Under the pieces are notes generated by a model. It saw nothing but the letters and a program-made list of their open reading frames with translations, ran no database searches and was not told where the DNA came from. Positions 19,613 to 29,213 of a DNA stretch of 64,000 bases are shown here, piece after piece. The translations under genes and the position numbers were made by a program. Origin of the DNA: an uncultured delta proteobacterium (GTDB taxonomy: Bacteria; Myxococcota_A; Polyangia; Polyangiales; Houyiibacteriaceae); NCBI GenBank assembly GCA_963792825.1, contig CAWBXS010000001.1:47436-111435 (forward strand). Direction: 5' to 3'. Within the stretch, counting starts at the first letter, position 1. The number at the start of each line of letters is the position of its first letter.

Positions 19613-21118
19613 ATGGCTGAGACGAACGCCGCGATGGGCCAACGTCTTCGAGAGCTTCGGCTCCGACGCGGGTTGCAGCAGAGCGAGGTGGCGCGTCGGC
19701 TCAAGATCTCGCCGGCGTACTTGAGCCTGATCGAGAAGGGCCGACGCGTCGTCCAGCTGCCCCTGCTGTTTCAGGCGCTCGAGCTCTACGACGTCGCGGT
19801 CGAGGACTTCATGGCGAGCCTCGGGGAGCGCCGCGCCGACGATGGTCTCGCTCGACTCCTCGACGAGCCCTTGTTGCGCTCTTTGAACCTCGTCGAGGAG
19901 GACCTCACCAGCCTCAGCGCGGAGCCGCGCATGGTGACGACCATCACGGCTCTCTTCAATCTCTACAAGAACACGCGCAGTCAGCTCGATCACGTCATCG
20001 CGAGCATCGCACAGCGCGAACGCCAAGCCGACGAAGATTCGGTTCGTTTCGACTACAGCCCCTACGACGAGGTCACGGACTTCCTCGAGCAAAACCACAA
20101 CTGGTTCGAGCTGCTCGAGGAGCGTGCGCAGCAGTTTCGCCGCGATTGCGCGTTCGGGCGCCGAGTGACGAGTGACGATCTCGAGCGCGGGCTGCGCGAC
20201 CAGATCAGCGTCCGCGTGCATCGAGTTCCCAAGCGGGCCGACAGCTCCGTCATCCGCACTTGGAACGCCAAAGAACGAATTCTGACGGTGTCGGATGAGC
20301 TGTTCGAACAACGCTTGAAGTTCCAGCTCGCACACACGGTAGCGCTCGGCCTCTTCGACGAAGAAGCACTGCACGAGCCCATTCTCCAGGGCTACAGGGG
20401 GCAGCACGCCGAGACACGGAGGTTGATCAAGATTCACCTCGCCAACTATTTCGCAGGCGCGCTCCTGCTTCCCTATCCAGAGTTCTACCGCGAAGTCATG
20501 AGCACACGCTACGACGTCGAGTTGCTCGCGCAGCTTTTCGAGTCGTCCTATGAGACGGTTGCTCACCGGATGTGCAACTTGTCTGACCCGCGACGCCGTG
20601 GAGTCCCGATGCACTTTCTGAGAGTCGATGTCGCGGGCAACATCTCCAAGCGGTATGCGGGGGACGGAATTCGGTTCCCGCACCAGGGCGGCTCTTGTCC
20701 CAAGATGGCGGTTCACTTGGCCTTTCTGACACCGAGCGTGATCACCAAGCAGTACTCGGCGTTTCCCGACGGGTCGACGTACTTCTGCTTTGCGAAGGTC
20801 GTCAGCGAGCCGCAGCAGGGTTCGCTCGTCAAGGGAACGACGTACAGCATCGGGCTGGGAACACATGCGCACCATGCAAAGCATTTCGCGTATGCGGACG
20901 CGCTTCCGTTTGCCGATCCGAAGAGGATGGCGGTGCCCGTCGGGACGACGTGCCGGTTCTGCGAGAGGACCGACTGCAACATGAGGTCGGCGCCGAGCTA
21001 CAAGTTCGCGTTTCGCGTCGACGAGTACACCAAGAAGGACAACTTCTTCTCGCCGTTGGTGAGCGGGGACCCTGGCGTGGCGGTGCACAAGCCGGCTCGC
21101 CGGAAGCCGACTGCATGA
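19613..21118 (+). CDS. Short-chain fatty acyl-CoA regulator (ScfR; RamB/PrpR/PccR family) XRE transcription factor
   Basis: N-terminal XRE HTH (GQRLRELRLRRGLQQSEVARRLKISPAYLSLIEKG), RLKFQLAHTVA, ANYFAGALLLPY, SYETVAHRM, RVDVAGNISKR, and the C-terminal Cys cluster CRFCERTDC. Confidence 0.92.
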   Translation: MAETNAAMGQRLRELRLRRGLQQSEVARRLKISPAYLSLIEKGRRVVQLPLLFQALELYDVAVEDFMASLGERRADDGLARLLDEPLLRSLNLVEEDLTSLSAEPRMVTTITALFNLYKNTRSQLDHVIASIAQRERQADEDSVRFDYSPYDEVTDFLEQNHNWFELLEERAQQFRRDCAFGRRVTSDDLERGLRDQISVRVHRVPKRADSSVIRTWNAKERILTVSDELFEQRLKFQLAHTVALGLFDEEALHEPILQGYRGQHAETRRLIKIHLANYFAGALLLPYPEFYREVMSTRYDVELLAQLFESSYETVAHRMCNLSDPRRRGVPMHFLRVDVAGNISKRYAGDGIRFPHQGGSCPKMAVHLAFLTPSVITKQYSAFPDGSTYFCFAKVVSEPQQGSLVKGTTYSIGLGTHAHHAKHFAYADALPFADPKRMAVPVGTTCRFCERTDCNMRSAPSYKFAFRVDEYTKKDNFFSPLVSGDPGVAVHKPARRKPTA

Positions 21119-21142
21119 TATGATGCCCCACTGGAGGTCAGG

Positions 21143-21628
21143 ATGCCGTCGTTCGATGTCGTTTCCAAAACCGACCAACACGAGGTCGAGAACGCGCTCA
21201 ACCAGGCGAGCAAGGAAATCGCGCAGCGATACGACTTCAAGGGCACCGACACGACGATCGAGCGAACCGACGAGGGAATCGTGCTTCGTGCGAACAGCGA
21301 GGGTAGGCTCGACGCCGCGCGTGACGTGCTCGAAAGCAAGATGGTCCGCCGCCAGGTGTCGTTGAAGTCGCTCGACGCCGAGGAGCCGCAGAAGGCAGGC
21401 GGACAAATGTGGCGTCAGCTAATCAAGGTCAAAGAGGGCGTCTCGAAAGAAAAAGCAAAGGACATCGTCAAGGCCATCAAGGACGGGAAGTTCAAGGTCC
21501 AGGCGTCCATACAGGGCGATTCGGTGCGGGTTTCGGGAAAGAAGCGCGACGATTTGCAGGCGACGATCGCGTTTCTCAAGGAGCAGGACTTCGACCTGCC
21601 CCTGCAATACGTGAACTTCAGGGACTGA
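21143..21628 (+). CDS. yajQ: YajQ family cyclic-di-GMP/nucleotide-binding protein
   Basis: MPSFDVVS, RYDFKG, KVQASIQGDSVRVSGKKRDDLQ and LQYVNFRD. Confidence 0.96.
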   Translation: MPSFDVVSKTDQHEVENALNQASKEIAQRYDFKGTDTTIERTDEGIVLRANSEGRLDAARDVLESKMVRRQVSLKSLDAEEPQKAGGQMWRQLIKVKEGVSKEKAKDIVKAIKDGKFKVQASIQGDSVRVSGKKRDDLQATIAFLKEQDFDLPLQYVNFRD

Positions 21629-21638
21629 GGCGGGTCGT

Positions 21639-22502
21639 GTGACACGAGCCAAAAGAGAGCTGACCGTCGGCTATCAGGGCACCGAGGGGGCCTACAGCCA
21701 ACTCGCAGCGATGCATCACTTCGCGAACGAGGCCGCGCGCCTAGTCTGCGTCGGCTATCACAGCTTTCGCGAGATGCTGCAGGCGCTCCGGGCCGGCGAG
21801 GTGGACTATGCGGTGCTCCCGATTGAGAACTCGATCGCAGGATCGATCAACGAGAGTTACGACCTGCTCGCCGAGATGGGGCTGCATCTCGTCGGTGAGG
21901 AATATCAACCGATCGCGCATTGTCTCATCGGGGCGGCGGACGTTGCGGTGACCGACATTCGCCGCGTCTACTCGCATCCGGTTGCGCTGGCGCAATGTCG
22001 CCGCTTCCTCGAGACGCTCGATGACTGTCACGTCGAGGCTTTCGTCGACACCGCGATGGCGGTCGAGAAGGTCAAACGAGATGCCGATCCGACGCAGGCC
22101 GCGATCGCGAGCGAAGAGGCCGCGGCGCTCCACGGACTACCCATCATTCGGCGGGACATCGCAGATCATCCCGAAAACTACACCCGAATGGTCATCGTCG
22201 CATCGGAGCCCGAACGCGTCGAGCGGGGCATCTCCTGCAAGACCTCTCTGATCTTTTCCACGATCCACGAGCAGGGTGCCCTCGCTCGATGCATCTCCAT
22301 CCTCGCCGCCCGGGGCCTCAATCTCACCAAGATCGAGTCGAGACCCAAACCGGACACCCCGTTCGAGTACGTCTTCTACGTCGACTTCGAGGGTAATGTC
22401 GACCGAGACGCCACGCAGGCTGCGCTTCGCGAGCTCGAGGCGGTGACGACCTTTCTCACCGTGCTCGGCTCCTATCCGATAGGTCGCGCAAAGGTCAGCT
22501 AG
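21639..22502 (+). CDS. pheA: Prephenate dehydratase (PDT + ACT domain)
   Basis: YQGTEGAYS, PIENSIAG, SHPVALAQC, NYTRM, KTSLIF, NLTKIESRP and LGSYP. Confidence 0.94.
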   Translation: MTRAKRELTVGYQGTEGAYSQLAAMHHFANEAARLVCVGYHSFREMLQALRAGEVDYAVLPIENSIAGSINESYDLLAEMGLHLVGEEYQPIAHCLIGAADVAVTDIRRVYSHPVALAQCRRFLETLDDCHVEAFVDTAMAVEKVKRDADPTQAAIASEEAAALHGLPIIRRDIADHPENYTRMVIVASEPERVERGISCKTSLIFSTIHEQGALARCISILAARGLNLTKIESRPKPDTPFEYVFYVDFEGNVDRDATQAALRELEAVTTFLTVLGSYPIGRAKVS

Positions 22503-24816
22503 CGACCGCCCCGGCCATGTGCGCCAAGCGGTCCGCATCTGCCGGAAGGCCGGCAGCCAAACAAGTCGTGGAGACCACTTTCAGCGCAGCGGCTTCCCCC
22601 GGACCATCCTTCTGAGAGCGTGCGGCGGCGAGCGCCTCGAGCGCGTCGATCATCGCGTCCCGCGCTCGGCCTTGCGCGAGCTGAAGACAGGCCGACGCAA
22701 TCGAAATCCGGATCGCGGCGCCCGCGGTTTGCTTGGGGCTCTTCTTGGCGGCGGTCAGCGCTTCCTTCGCCTTGGGCACGTCTTGCCGGCTCAGGTAGGA
22801 GATGACGCGGAGGCAATGCACGCCCGTCAGATCGCCGCCCGCGGCGATCGACGCTTCGATCAGGGCGTCGACCTTCTCGTGGTCACGTTCTCGGAGCTTT
22901 CGGATGAGCGCTGCGGCGGGGCTGCTGAGCGAAGCTTCAGGGATGGGAATCGTGGGCCTTTCGTCCTCTTCGTCCTGCGGCGGGCTGGACGGAGACCGGA
23001 CCGCCTTGCTGATCTCCGAGGCGGCCGAGCGCGTGTCCCGGTTCGGCTGGTATTGGACAGCGGCTGCCGCCAGGCGAACTGCCGAGCCCGTGTAGCCCTG
23101 GTCCGCCGCCAGCGAGCTTGCTTCGAGAATCGCATGGGTGCCTCGCTCGAGGTCGCCACCCTCACAGAGGTAGGCGCCCACGGTGGCCGCCATCGACGGG
23201 CCGATGAGTGGCTCTGCGGTGTGCAGGGCCTGCGCGACGAAGCGATAGACTTCGCTGCGGCGCGCCGGTGGCATTCGTTGCACCACCGCCCTTCGGAGGA
23301 GCTCGGAGTCGGGCTTAGCCTGGGGGGTCAAGAGACCATCGCTGATCAGTGCGGCGAGAGCGCGCTGACGCGTTTCGGCCGGTATCCCATCGAGCGCCAC
23401 TGCGACGTCGATTACTTGGGCCGACGAAGCGGGGAGGGCTGTGCACGCGATCTCCAAGAAGCGCATCGATGACGTGTCGAGGGTTGCGAACCGCTCTTCG
23501 AGCAGCGCCCGGGGGCCCACGTGTTGACGCCGCTCCGCGTGCTCGTCCCGCCACACGAACCTCCTGCCGTCGTGCACGACGTCGCCGGTCGCAATCAGGG
23601 TTCGCGCAGCCTCCGTGATCCCGAGGACCGTCGCACCGCCCGCGATCACCAACTGCTTGGCGATCTCCATATCGACGTCCGGTCCGAGGAGGCCCGCCGC
23701 CACCGTCAGCGCTTCTTGCGGGTCGAGTGCAGGGAGGTCGATGTTCGTCACGCTCCGAAGCCCGCGAAGGCCAGCCGGGACGCTCGATTCCGTCGTGCGA
23801 ATGCAGAGCAGAGCCGCCACGCTGTCGTCGGACAGGACCGCCCCCAAGACCTCGAGCGTTGCCGGATCGACCGCCAAGAGCCGGTCGACGTAGACCCACG
23901 GCAGGCCGTGTGCCTCCGCGAGCGCCCTGAACGTCACCTTGAGCGCGTGGATTGCGGCTGCGCGTGGGGGGGGCGTCGCGCAGGCGATCGCCTTGAGCGC
24001 ATCGGCCACTGCGGGCTCGACTCGTTTCAGCCCCTGGCGCGTGGGCTCGAGGGCCCGCCACGCCTTGAGGAGAGCTAGACGAAGGCCTCCAAGCGGCTCG
24101 AGCCCGCCAGGCACGGCTCCAATCTCGAGAAAGATGGGCGGCCGGACCTTGTCGCGAAGCGCGAGCACGCCGCCACGCGCACCGCAGCCGAGCGGCCCCC
24201 TCAAATAGAAGACGCACGTCTTCGATCCGGTAGCGGCCATTCTAACCGGCTCGAGAGCATCGAGAATGCTGACCGGAACTGGGGGAGGCTCGAGCAGCCC
24301 AACCGACTGCCGGCACTCTTCGAGCAGCGGGCGGTTGCGATCGATCGCCTCGCCGTGCAGCGCGAACGAAGTGGTGCTGACGGATCGCCCGAACAAGTAG
24401 GTCCTCGACGCCGCTTCGCGAGACTCCACATCGAGGACGACCTCGCCTGCGCGTGCCTGATTGGCCAAGAGCTGTGCGCGATCGATCGCGCTGCCGCTGT
24501 TGGTGAGACTGCCCGTATCGTCTTTGGCACGTTGAATGTCTCCGGTCGCGATGCCGAAGGCAATGGGGAGCCCGCCCGCGGGCACCGGCTGTGACTCGGC
24601 CTCCGTCAGCAGGCGCAGCGCGAGGTTGATCGCGGTCTTCAGGTCGTGCAGGCCGAAGCTCGCGACGACGGTGCCGGCGAGGGAGGAGATGACTTCGCCC
24701 CCATGGTCTCGCACCTCGCGCGTCACGTAGCGTGCCCACTGCCCAGCCGCGGCCGTGGTCTCCTCCTCTTCGAAGGCCGGAGGAAGGATTCGGTGCCAGA
24801 GGACGAAACGTTCCAT
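22495..24816 (-). CDS. Degenerate class III nucleotide cyclase-like + P-loop (STAND-like) + TPR protein
   Basis: N-terminus resembles a cyclase homology domain (GGEVISSLAGTVVASFG, FGIATGDI, GSAIDRAQLLANQARAGEVVL). Then a degenerate Walker A (GPLGCGARG), a Walker-B-like stretch (VYVDRLLAVDPATLEVL), LLEERFATLD, and C-terminal helical repeats. Confidence 0.62.
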   Translation of the reverse strand: MERFVLWHRILPPAFEEEETTAAAGQWARYVTREVRDHGGEVISSLAGTVVASFGLHDLKTAINLALRLLTEAESQPVPAGGLPIAFGIATGDIQRAKDDTGSLTNSGSAIDRAQLLANQARAGEVVLDVESREAASRTYLFGRSVSTTSFALHGEAIDRNRPLLEECRQSVGLLEPPPVPVSILDALEPVRMAATGSKTCVFYLRGPLGCGARGGVLALRDKVRPPIFLEIGAVPGGLEPLGGLRLALLKAWRALEPTRQGLKRVEPAVADALKAIACATPPPRAAAIHALKVTFRALAEAHGLPWVYVDRLLAVDPATLEVLGAVLSDDSVAALLCIRTTESSVPAGLRGLRSVTNIDLPALDPQEALTVAAGLLGPDVDMEIAKQLVIAGGATVLGITEAARTLIATGDVVHDGRRFVWRDEHAERRQHVGPRALLEERFATLDTSSMRFLEIACTALPASSAQVIDVAVALDGIPAETRQRALAALISDGLLTPQAKPDSELLRRAVVQRMPPARRSEVYRFVAQALHTAEPLIGPSMAATVGAYLCEGGDLERGTHAILEASSLAADQGYTGSAVRLAAAAVQYQPNRDTRSAASEISKAVRSPSSPPQDEEDERPTIPIPEASLSSPAAALIRKLRERDHEKVDALIEASIAAGGDLTGVHCLRVISYLSRQDVPKAKEALTAAKKSPKQTAGAAIRISIASACLQLAQGRARDAMIDALEALAAARSQKDGPGEAAALKVVSTTCLAAGLPADADRLAHMAGAVAS

Positions 24817-24828
24817 CGCGATGACGAA

Positions 24829-25509
24829 TCAGCTGCGGAGCTTGGCTTTGAGGGCCGCTAGCTCGTCGCCCACGTCGTCCTCATTCTCCCCGGACTGCAG
24901 GGCCTCGAAGCGCGCATCGAGCTCGGCGCGTTTCGGATCTTCGAGCAAACCGTGCGCCTCGACCTCCGCGTCCAGCTGGTCTATCTGATCGGCCATGCGC
25001 TCGAGATCGGAGAACGCACCGCCTCCGAGTCTGTCGCCCGTCGGACGATCGGGGTCTGGCGGATGCGTGCGTGCCTGTCGGACCTGCGCGGCCAGGGTTT
25101 TTTGCCGCGCCTTGAGGTCGTCGAGCTTTTCTTCGATTCGCTCGAGCTGGGCCTTCATCGCTCCGGCGGCGGTGGCTTGCTCGGCCGCTCGTGCGCGCAC
25201 CCGCTTCGCTTCCATGAGCGTTCGCGACTTACGCCTGAGCGCCTCTCGCGCGAGGTCTTCATCATCGTCCTCGAGCGCGAGGATCGCTTTTTGTTCCCAG
25301 TCCGCTGCCTCTCGTTGGAGCTCGCTTTCCTTCTTCTCGAGACGCTTGGCGCTACCCATGGCCCCGATCAGATCTTTGCGCGCCCGTTTGAGGGCCGATT
25401 TCATGTCGGCCACGGTCTGCCCGATCATCTTGTCCGGGTCCTCCGCCTGGTCGATCAGAGCGTTCAGATTGGATTTGATCACCCGGTTCAGCCGACTGAA
25501 GATGCCCAT
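24829..25509 (-). CDS. pspA: PspA/IM30 (ESCRT-III-like) family protein
   Basis: Start MGIFSRLNRVIKSNLNALIDQAEDPDKM at 25509; long coiled coil; C-terminal DELAALKAKL. Confidence 0.93.
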   Translation of the reverse strand: MGIFSRLNRVIKSNLNALIDQAEDPDKMIGQTVADMKSALKRARKDLIGAMGSAKRLEKKESELQREAADWEQKAILALEDDDEDLAREALRRKSRTLMEAKRVRARAAEQATAAGAMKAQLERIEEKLDDLKARQKTLAAQVRQARTHPPDPDRPTGDRLGGGAFSDLERMADQIDQLDAEVEAHGLLEDPKRAELDARFEALQSGENEDDVGDELAALKAKLRS

Positions 25510-25605
25510 GCCCCCTCGTAGCATCACGATCCCACGCGCGGAGCCTCGTGTAAAGGGATTGAGCTTTCTCGACTTCCGGCTTCCGTTCGTGCTAGCTCGA
25601 AGGCC

Positions 25606-26571
25606 ATGCTGAAGGGGGCACAAGTCCTGATCACCGGGGGCGCAGGGTTCATCGGGACCGCGCTCACCGCGCGTCTGGCAGAGGACAACCGCGTGCGGGT
25701 GCTCGATATCCTCCGCCGTAATGCGCTCTCGAAGGCCGGTCTCGATCGACATCCCAACGTAGAGCTCATCGTCGGAGACGTCCGGGACATGACGGCGGTT
25801 CGAAGAGCAGTCACCGGCTGCGAGTACGTCATTCACATGGCGTCGATCGCCGGGGTCGACACGGTCTTGAAGAACCCCGTCATGACGATGGAAATTTCGC
25901 TCGAGGGCACGATGAACGTTCTTCGGGCTGCCAACGACTGCACGGGGATCAAGCGCGTGATCGATTTCTCCACGAGCGAGGTATTCGGTTCGTATGCGTT
26001 TCGTGTCCGCGAGGCAGATGTCACCAGCCTCGGCGCCGTCGGCGAAGCACGCTGGACTTATGCGGTCAGCAAGTTGGCGACTGAGCATCTGGCTCACAAC
26101 TACTGGAAGCAGTTCGAGCTTCCGACGGTGTCGATTCGCCCTTTCAACATCTATGGGCCTGGGCAGGTTGGGGAGGGTGCCGTGCACGCGTTCGTGGTGC
26201 GGGCCCTTCAAGACGACAAGCTCTTCATCCACAACGAAGGCGACCAGATTCGCTCTTGGTGTTACATCGACGACATCGTCGACGCGATCCTGCTCGCGAT
26301 GGAGCGCGAAGAGGCCATCGGAGAGAGCTTCAACATCGGAAATCCCCGAAGCACCATCACGATTTATCAGCTCGCACAGCTGATCGTACGCCTCACCGAA
26401 AGCAAGTCCCCCATCGAGTTCGTCGAATGGGATTTTCCGGACGTCGAGCTGCGTATTCCCGACGTCAAGAAGGCCGAGGCGCTCTTGGGGTTCCGGGCGC
26501 AGGTCGAGCTAGAGCAGGGCCTGCTCGACACCGTCGAGTGGTATCGGCGCAAGCTCAACGGCGAGGTGTGA
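25606..26571 (+). CDS. NAD-dependent nucleotide-sugar epimerase/dehydratase (extended SDR)
   Basis: ITGGAGFIG, HMASIAGV, STSEVFG, YAVSK, RPFNIYGPGQ and RSWCYIDD. Confidence 0.92.
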   Translation: MLKGAQVLITGGAGFIGTALTARLAEDNRVRVLDILRRNALSKAGLDRHPNVELIVGDVRDMTAVRRAVTGCEYVIHMASIAGVDTVLKNPVMTMEISLEGTMNVLRAANDCTGIKRVIDFSTSEVFGSYAFRVREADVTSLGAVGEARWTYAVSKLATEHLAHNYWKQFELPTVSIRPFNIYGPGQVGEGAVHAFVVRALQDDKLFIHNEGDQIRSWCYIDDIVDAILLAMEREEAIGESFNIGNPRSTITIYQLAQLIVRLTESKSPIEFVEWDFPDVELRIPDVKKAEALLGFRAQVELEQGLLDTVEWYRRKLNGEV

Positions 26572-26572
26572 C

Positions 26573-27670
26573 ATGGCCGGCGGTCATGCGAGGGTCTACG
26601 ATCTGTCCCCGGCCCGCCCGGACGGCTGGTTCGAAGAGATCCTCAAGCAGTCGAAGGAGTTCGAGACCGCGTCCAGGGTCATCGGTCGCGACACGCTTGC
26701 GCTCGCCCTCGTTGCCGGCGTGCGCATCGTGAGCTTGACTGCCAACGCCGGCGCTCAGGAGCTGACGACGGTCGAGTTCTCGCTCGGCCAGGACCAGACG
26801 ATCCGCGAGACCCCGCTCCCGGAGTTCCGTGAGGTCATTGCACGACAGCTCTTGATGCCGTTGCAGAGCGCCCCTCTACCGGACGATCCCCCCGTCGAGG
26901 CGCTGCAGGCGCACATCGGAGGGCGCTATCTGCTCGAAGCCTCGTTGTTCAAGGTGCGCCCCCTCGAGCTTCGGCATGAGCTCGGTCTCTCCGAGATCAC
27001 CTTGGAGTTCAACGAGATCCGGCACGTGATGCCGCTCGAGGACTTCAGGGACGTGCTGGATGGACGCGTGCGTTCGGAGCTGGGGGTGGCGGGAGCGGAC
27101 GATGCAGCGATCGACCTGACGGTCGTCGACCACGCCGAAGCGGCAAATGCGAGGGGCAACTGGGCTGCCACCATCGCCATGCTCAACCCCTGGCTGGGTC
27201 CCATTTCCATGATGCTGCGCACGGGGGAGGCCGAGAAGCTCGGCGAGGAGGTGCACGGGCGGCTGTCGGTGAGCCTCGACCTGCTCGGTACGGCCTACGC
27301 CAAGCTGGGCGAGCTCAACGCGGCCAACGAAGTCCTACGACTCGGGGTTCAATGGGCGGGCGAATCGGGCAAGGCCGGCAAGCTTTTCATGTCGCTAGGC
27401 CGAGCTTCGGTGGCGAGTCAAAGACATGGAGAGGCGATCGGGCTGCTCCGAAGAGCGATCTCGCTCGGGGCGGCGGAGCGAGACGCGCTCCCGCTCCTCG
27501 TGAAATCGCTGACCGAACGCGAGCAGTGGCTGGCTGCGTTGGTTTGCGCGGAGCGGGCTCGTGCTCTTGGCGAGGACACGTCGGAGCTCCAGGCGGTCCG
27601 TGACGACCTCGAGACACGCCTCGGGGATGCTTGGCCGCGGTTTCGAGCCTGGATGAGCGACCCGGAGTAG
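26573..27670 (+). CDS. Hypothetical protein with C-terminal TPR repeats
   Basis: 365-aa ORF with high-GC codon bias, 1 nt after the epimerase stop. The C-terminus is TPR-like (LDLLGTAYAKLGE...; FMSLGRASVASQRHGEAIGLLRRAISLG). Confidence 0.72.
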   Translation: MAGGHARVYDLSPARPDGWFEEILKQSKEFETASRVIGRDTLALALVAGVRIVSLTANAGAQELTTVEFSLGQDQTIRETPLPEFREVIARQLLMPLQSAPLPDDPPVEALQAHIGGRYLLEASLFKVRPLELRHELGLSEITLEFNEIRHVMPLEDFRDVLDGRVRSELGVAGADDAAIDLTVVDHAEAANARGNWAATIAMLNPWLGPISMMLRTGEAEKLGEEVHGRLSVSLDLLGTAYAKLGELNAANEVLRLGVQWAGESGKAGKLFMSLGRASVASQRHGEAIGLLRRAISLGAAERDALPLLVKSLTEREQWLAALVCAERARALGEDTSELQAVRDDLETRLGDAWPRFRAWMSDPE

Positions 27671-27713
27671 TCGCTTTACTTTGGCTGCGAGGCTTCGTAC
27701 CGTTGCCGCTCGG

Positions 27714-29213
27714 ATGCCGGGCTTTCTTATGTCGATCGACCAGGGAACCACGGGTTCCACCGCGATGCTCCTGTCCTTGGACGGGAGGGTTCTCGCGCGC
27801 GCGAACCAAGAGTTTCCTCAGCATTTTCCGCGGCCCGGCTGGGTCGAGCACGATGTCGAGGAGATTTGGAAGAGCGTCGGCGATGCCGCAAGCGAGGCGA
27901 TCGAGCGTGCGGGAGTCGCCGCCGGAGACTGTTTGGGCATCGGAATCACGAACCAGCGCGAAACCACCGTTCTGTGGGATCGGAAGACGGGTAAGGCCCT
28001 GCACAACGCCATCGTGTGGCAGGACCGCCGAACCGCGGAACGCTGTCGAGAGCTGAAAGAAGCCGGCAGGGAACAGATGTTCCGCGAGCGCACTGGGCTG
28101 GTGCTCGACCCGTACTTGGCGGGAACCAAGCTCGAGTGGTTGCTCGATCACGTCGAGGGAGCCCGCGCACGCGCAGAAAAGGGCGAGCTCGCATTCGGAA
28201 CGATCGATTCTTGGTTGGTATACCGGCTGTCTCGCGGCCAGGCGCACGTGACAGATGCAAGCAATGCCTCGCGGACGCTTCTCTACGACATCGGCAAAGA
28301 ACGCTGGGACGAGGAGCTCGCGGCGGTGCTACGGGTACCGATGGTGCTGCTCCCTGAGGTTCGCAGTTGCTCGGAGGTGTACGCGCAGACCTCCGGGGTT
28401 CCCGGCCTACCCGACGGGATTCCAATCGCCGGAATGGCTGGTGACCAGCAAGCTGCCCTGTTCGGCCAGACCTGCTTCGAGGTGGGGGACGCCAAGTGTA
28501 CCTACGGCACGGGCGCCTTCCTGTTGATGAACACCGGCACGAGCTTGGTGCATTCCAACAATGGGCTCCTCACCACCATCGCGTGGCGCCTCGGGGACGA
28601 GACCGTGTATGCGCTCGAGGGCAGCGCCTTCATTGCGGGCGCGGCGGTTCAATGGTTGCGTGACGGGCTCGGGCTGATCGCTTCCTCGGATGAGATCGAA
28701 GCCAAGGCCAGGGAGGTCGACCAGACGGGCGATGTCGTATTCGTACCGGCATTGGCGGGGTTGGGGGCGCCGTATTGGGACCCACGTGCGCGGGGCCTCA
28801 TCTATGGGCTCACGCGAGACACGACCGCCGCGCACTTGGCGAGGGCCACCCTCGAAGGAATCGCGTTTCAAATCGCGGATCTGGTCGACGCGATGCAAGC
28901 CGACGCCAATCGCCCGATCAAACGCTTGAGGGTCGACGGTGGCGCGGCCCGCAATGACTTACTGATGCAATTTCAGGCCGACATGCTCGGGGTGACGATC
29001 GACCGTCCCGAGAACGTGGAAACTACTGCTTTTGGAGCTGCTTACTTAGCTGGCATGGCCGTCGGGGTATTCGACGGCCTGGGATCCGTCATAGATGCTT
29101 ACCGTATCGAACGTAGCTTTGAGCCCCAGATGACTCGAGCGCAGCGAGAGAAACACCTGGGACGATGGCGCGACGCGGTGCGGCGGGCGCGAAGTGAGAT
29201 AGGAATAACATGA
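27714..29213 (+). CDS. glpK: Glycerol kinase
   Basis: SIDQGTTGS, GITNQRETT, NAIVWQDRRT, TDASNASRT, GDQQAALFGQ, KCTYGTGAF, PALAGLGAPYW and RVDGGAARND. Confidence 0.96.
   Translation: MPGFLMSIDQGTTGSTAMLLSLDGRVLARANQEFPQHFPRPGWVEHDVEEIWKSVGDAASEAIERAGVAAGDCLGIGITNQRETTVLWDRKTGKALHNAIVWQDRRTAERCRELKEAGREQMFRERTGLVLDPYLAGTKLEWLLDHVEGARARAEKGELAFGTIDSWLVYRLSRGQAHVTDASNASRTLLYDIGKERWDEELAAVLRVPMVLLPEVRSCSEVYAQTSGVPGLPDGIPIAGMAGDQQAALFGQTCFEVGDAKCTYGTGAFLLMNTGTSLVHSNNGLLTTIAWRLGDETVYALEGSAFIAGAAVQWLRDGLGLIASSDEIEAKAREVDQTGDVVFVPALAGLGAPYWDPRARGLIYGLTRDTTAAHLARATLEGIAFQIADLVDAMQADANRPIKRLRVDGGAARNDLLMQFQADMLGVTIDRPENVETTAFGAAYLAGMAVGVFDGLGSVIDAYRIERSFEPQMTRAQREKHLGRWRDAVRRARSEIGIT

Noticed and set aside
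17334-21406. Long antisense ORFs (17334-19499 +, 19595-21406 -) and similar ones at 738-2183, 56273-57793, 57882-59378 and 60946-62031
   Set aside because: They are shadow ORFs opposite well-supported genes, a result of stop-codon scarcity in high-GC DNA, and they carry no recognisable motifs.
25510-25605. Sigma-54 promoter for pspA (TAGCACG...)
   Set aside because: No correctly spaced TTGC -12 element, and no PspF-type activator nearby.
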